Part shown: in pieces, positions 63,144 to 64,000 of the stretch | How the letters are laid out: the number at the start of each line of letters is the position of its first letter | How positions within the stretch are numbered: position 1 is the first letter of the stretch | Source of the DNA: Selaginella moellendorffii | Lineage: Eukaryota; Plantae; Lycopodiophyta | Assembly: GCF_000143415.4 (NCBI RefSeq) | Contig: NW_003314265.1 | Span: 634,405 to 698,404 of the forward strand | Direction: 5' to 3' | DNA: 64,000 nt | Translations under genes and position numbers: made by a program | The notes under the pieces: model-generated | What the model was told of the DNA's origin: nothing | Databases searched by the model: none | What the model saw: only the letters and a program-made list of their open reading frames with translations

Positions 63144-64000
63144 TGTAAGCGACTAATTTTTCCATTTTACTTTAGTCACTTAACCACACCTCCAACCACT
63201 TGGAGGAGTCTCATTCACAACCTCCACAAGTCCCAGTTAGGACTTGGGGCTTGCTAGCCCCGAGAATGGCATCCATGCCACTCAACCTTTGCACTTGGTC
63301 TAAGTGCTTCACGTGTCCGATCCCATGATCGACACCCCAAGGTACCACCGACATATCGGCCCGTTACGCTGAGGCCATACCTATTCACCTTGGTCACACC
63401 GGTGGTCCAACACCACTTACATTGCAATCCCGTCTCTCATAGACTAGGCCATCCATCCATGAGTGATCGTCCCAGATCCACTCCTTAGCATCCTTAGGAT
63501 GCTCGCAGACTTAGGGAATAACCTTCCCCAATATCTCTTTTCCGGTCCCCACCAAGTCCCTCTCTGTCAATGGCCGTGTTCACCAACACTGCCACTGGAT
63601 CAAGGCCCGCAGGCCCGACCTCTAAGTCCAACTGTCCTCTGGGACTTCCTCACTAGGTGACCGTGTCCTTTGTCACCACACCAGAGGGCTACTCCTCTTC
63701 CTTTCCACAGTCTGGGACTTTGGGACAACATTTTGGAACACCGTGGCCTTACGCAAGCCTCATGGGTACTTTCCCCGCCTTTCGCCTTTAGGTGCTCTAG
63801 CCATGGGCTTAGAGCGAGGTTCCGTTGAGCCACGACAGGTATCCAAGTAGGTAGTGCTACCCACACTTGGACTGGGAGCATCGGCCAGTCGATCTCCCGG
63901 GGGAACTAGAGTTGGCTCTTGAACACTTCACCAAGCTACCCTGCTTGTCGGTCCGTGTTCACTCTAGTCTTGGACTTCCCAATGGGCAGCTCATCACCCA
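63144..64000 (-). mobile_element. Family D LTR (truncated by window end) nested in the integrase of element C
   Basis: Starts tgtaagcgactaatttttcc and aligns with 9632 and 15447 onwards. Confidence 0.9.

Overview
Eukaryotic (land-plant) nuclear DNA. Very short GT-AG introns and the gene content are most consistent with a lycophyte such as Selaginella (inference, not a database match). The window has a TE-dense left arm (about 0.7-27 kb), a compact gene island (27.8-55.2 kb) interrupted by two Ty3/gypsy elements, and a nested gypsy cluster at the right end. Host genes are an ELMO/CED-12 protein, two mitochondrial phosphate carriers, tRNA-Ser(CGA), plastid RPL24 plus a pseudo-copy, a PHD+BAH protein and a GT64 EPC1/GMT1-like gene. 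The standout is a decayed Mutator-like element (GCM/MULE/SWIM; about 4-23 kb, or about 11.5 kb without a later LTR insertion). Head-to-head with its transposase, it carries a spliced gene for a ParB/Srx-like domain fused to a beta-class N4-cytosine/N6-adenine DNA methyltransferase-like domain. It also holds a GC-rich palindromic motif array between the two genes and a tandem pair of orphan Cys/His ORFs, so it is a candidate transposon-encoded epigenetic system. Also notable are two Cassandra-type TRIMs with 5S-rRNA-derived LTRs and a gypsy gag/pol junction with a -1 slippery heptamer plus an H-type pseudoknot. Domain calls are from motif recognition by eye; no searches were run.
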